Source: Fastidiosibacter lacustris (GTDB lineage: Bacteria; Pseudomonadota; Gammaproteobacteria; Francisellales; Francisellaceae). Taken from it: 32,000 nt of DNA. Shown here in pieces: positions 29,586 to 32,000 of the stretch; within the stretch, counting starts at the first letter, position 1, and each line of letters starts with the position of its first letter. The position numbers and the translations under genes are program-made. The notes beneath the pieces were generated by a model. The model was not told the origin of the DNA, did no database searches, and saw nothing but the letters and a program-made list of their open reading frames with translations. The stretch lies in the NCBI RefSeq assembly GCF_003428155.1, contig NZ_QLIR01000018.1, positions 1-32,000 on the forward strand. Direction: 5' to 3'.

Positions 29586-31301
29586 TTAAGCCAACCAAAA
29601 GAAAATTACTATGGCTATACAGATCGTAATGAAAAAGAAAATCTTAGTAGAATTGTCATCAATATTTTTTCTTTCCAATGGTTTATTTACTGAGCTTTTA
29701 GTATTTAATTTAGATAATGAATTATGAGAATTGTTAGAACTGAAAGGTGATTTCTGACCAAAATGAGTATTACGGTTTCCATTATTTTTAATAGTAGATT
29801 GACTAACAGTTTGTGGTTTATTTATTGTGTTTTTCATCGATTTTATATCATTTAATAAACTAATGTTTTTATTTGATTGTTGTGGAAATGAAGTAATCTT
29901 ACTTATTGTTTTATCATGATTTTTAATATGCTTTAAATCATCTAAAATACCTTTATTATTATCCTTAATATTAGGAATTACAGCTTTAGTTTTATTTAAT
30001 CGAAACTTTGCATCTTGTTCATTCATAATAAATAGCTGGTTAATATTTTTAAGCTCCATTTGTATTTGATTAGGTGCGCTTTTATGAGTTAAGAACATCC
30101 CACTAACACTTATCCATTTTGAAACTAAGTTATCTAAACTACCAACTCTTTTAATATCATTAGGTGTACAATTCCATACTACTATTTTTATCATTTTTTT
30201 TCCTTTAGAATAGGAGCTAAAATTTAAAAAAACGTATGGTTGATTAATTGTTGTCGTGCCTGATTTGTAGTTATGTATTTTCCCAATTAATTCTACTTTA
30301 GTTCCAATCAAAGAATATGCTAGATTATAATCGGTAGCATCAACCACTGGAAATGCTGCAATATAATTCTTTTCACTAAATGGAGTTAATGAATGATTGC
30401 TAGTAGGAATGTTGCAACCATTTAAAAAATCGCTAAGAGTTGGTATTGATAGATAAGAGCTTTTGCAGATAGACATAAACCATTTAGCTTTATCCTCTAA
30501 CTCATTTATTCTTAAAATACTATTGAAAATTTTAGAAGATTCTGGATCTCTAAAATCATTAGCCTTAAATACAATTGCATCACCTGAAGCACTTTCATTC
30601 CATATATCAGGTCTTTTTTGTAACACGTCTATTGCTAGAGAAAGTGATATAAATGAGAATCTATCAAGTTTGTTATCATAAGGGTTTATTTTTTCTCTTT
30701 CTGGATGTTGAAAGTTTCGCTGCCCAAGTTCAGCACTACCTAAATTTTTTATACCTTCAAAAAACATTCCATCATAATCTATTAATTTCACAGAGTAGTC
30801 AGAACTATTCACAATAAGATTATCAATTTGAATATCTCCATGTGCTATATTATTTTTTTCTAAAAATATATTTAAACCCAATAATGATTGATTAAGTTTT
30901 ATTAAAGCACTTGGATTATTTAGATTGTTCTCAATAAATTCACCAAGGGTTTCTCCATTAGCCCAATCCATTTTTATAATTGGGTATTTTTTCCCTTTTA
31001 CTAATATGCCATTAGCTATAAAATCAAAATTAAGAAAATAATTTGAATTTAGTTTGTTAATATTTTTAGATATTTCCGCATAACGTGCTTCAAGTGATTT
31101 CGATTCTTTATGAAAGCAGCGAATTGCATATTTTTTGTGATTATATTGAGCTATGTATGTTAATGCAAATCCACCACATAATGCTAATGGAACTCCTAAT
31201 CCAGTTTTTTTGAAAATAGCATATTTAAGCTCATGATCACTAAAACATCCTTTAGGATTTTGTAATGCTTCTTGGTAATTTTCAAGGCTTGGATAAGGCA
31301 T
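29586..31301 (-). CDS. Divergent protein kinase-like protein (YegI/TerY-P-type) with an OB-fold-like middle domain, low-complexity linker and C-terminal transmembrane segment
   Basis: 571 aa. N-terminus MPYPSLENYQEALQNPKGCFSDHEL, GLGVPLALCGGFALTYIAQYNHKKYAIRCF (Gly-rich/beta3 region), catalytic loop AHGDIQIDNLIV, DFG-equivalent LIDYDGMF, ELGQRNFQHPER. Terminal hydrophobic segment IFFFITICIAIVIFFWLA. Confidence 0.85.
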   Translation of the reverse strand: MPYPSLENYQEALQNPKGCFSDHELKYAIFKKTGLGVPLALCGGFALTYIAQYNHKKYAIRCFHKESKSLEARYAEISKNINKLNSNYFLNFDFIANGILVKGKKYPIIKMDWANGETLGEFIENNLNNPSALIKLNQSLLGLNIFLEKNNIAHGDIQIDNLIVNSSDYSVKLIDYDGMFFEGIKNLGSAELGQRNFQHPEREKINPYDNKLDRFSFISLSLAIDVLQKRPDIWNESASGDAIVFKANDFRDPESSKIFNSILRINELEDKAKWFMSICKSSYLSIPTLSDFLNGCNIPTSNHSLTPFSEKNYIAAFPVVDATDYNLAYSLIGTKVELIGKIHNYKSGTTTINQPYVFLNFSSYSKGKKMIKIVVWNCTPNDIKRVGSLDNLVSKWISVSGMFLTHKSAPNQIQMELKNINQLFIMNEQDAKFRLNKTKAVIPNIKDNNKGILDDLKHIKNHDKTISKITSFPQQSNKNISLLNDIKSMKNTINKPQTVSQSTIKNNGNRNTHFGQKSPFSSNNSHNSLSKLNTKSSVNKPLERKNIDDNSTKIFFFITICIAIVIFFWLA

Positions 31302-31309
31302 AAGTAATC

Positions 31310-32000
31310 CTAAAGTTTAAGACTAATTAAAGTTGTATCATCTAGTCTAATGGAGTTATTTTTTCTATTATGCTCTATTAAATTCAAAAAGCTTTCTGTA
31401 TCTTCTATTTCTAAAAGTTGACTCCATTCAGATGTATTATTTCTTTCATACATTTTTAAAAACCATTCACCTAAAGCATCAGACATAACTAAAATATGTG
31501 GAAATTCAAAATGCTGTAAGTCCCATACTCCTGTGTTAATTTCACTAATAACGTCATCATTACTAAAACTGTCATATTTACTTTCAGATGCTAACAATAA
31601 AGGTCGATGAGAGAACTCACAAGATTCAAGATAATGAAAAGTATTAATTTTCACATTGCCATCAAAAAGGATAGCTATACAATCGCCAATAGATAATAAT
31701 TCAACTTTCTTTTTATCTTCATCAAAAGTAAGACCTAGTAAAGTTGAAAAACTACCCCGGCTATATGATGCTAATTTAGACCAACTAAAGTCAGATTTAT
31801 CAAATTGAATAGAATAATTAAATCTGGCTTTTTCAAGCCATTCGGCATTGATGCATTCTGATTCAATATACTGATTAGCCAATACAGTTGCCCATTCTTT
31901 TGCCGCAAATGATTCACTGGCACCATCGCATAGTACAACCTTTTTATTGTCATAATTTATACAGAACACATCTTCATTACTTGAAAATTCAGTGGATTCT
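31310..32000 (-). CDS. PP2C-family serine/threonine phosphatase, 5'-partial at the window edge
   Basis: Motifs SSNEDVFCIN (NED), VVLCDGASESF, GSFSTLLGLTF, LLSIGDCIAILF, HILVMSDALGEWF, LDDTTLISLKL. The track start (31969) is an internal GTG. The frame stays open through GAA TCC ACT GAA TTT TCA AGT AAT GAA GAT to position 32000, so the true start lies outside the window. Confidence 0.85.
   Translation of the reverse strand, partial: ESTEFSSNEDVFCINYDNKKVVLCDGASESFAAKEWATVLANQYIESECINAEWLEKARFNYSIQFDKSDFSWSKLASYSRGSFSTLLGLTFDEDKKKVELLSIGDCIAILFDGNVKINTFHYLESCEFSHRPLLLASESKYDSFSNDDVISEINTGVWDLQHFEFPHILVMSDALGEWFLKMYERNNTSEWSQLLEIEDTESFLNLIEHNRKNNSIRLDDTTLISLKL

Overview
The window reads as a bacterial (gammaproteobacterial, probably Legionellales-like; inferred from gene content and order) housekeeping chromosome segment. 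Most of it is ordinary: rpoH, tRNA-Glu, tRNA-Ala, a frame-disrupted type IV pilin gene, dnaQ, hemW, uspA-like, ybaB, recR, glnB/K, ubiK, comM/yifB, lpxL-type acyltransferase, hemE, maeA-type malic enzyme, glmM, tpiA, secG, tRNA-Leu, and a complete 14-gene nuoA-N operon (about 14.8-29.4 kb) with separate nuoC and nuoD. The accessory part is the last ~2.4 kb on the minus strand. It holds a PP2C-family phosphatase whose 5' end runs off the window edge, followed by a divergent YegI/TerY-P-type protein kinase. The kinase appears fused to an OB-fold-like domain, a low-complexity linker with a duplicated short motif, and a C-terminal transmembrane tail. This phosphatase-kinase module is the best candidate for an under-described system. 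The pilin frameshift is the second most interesting observation.
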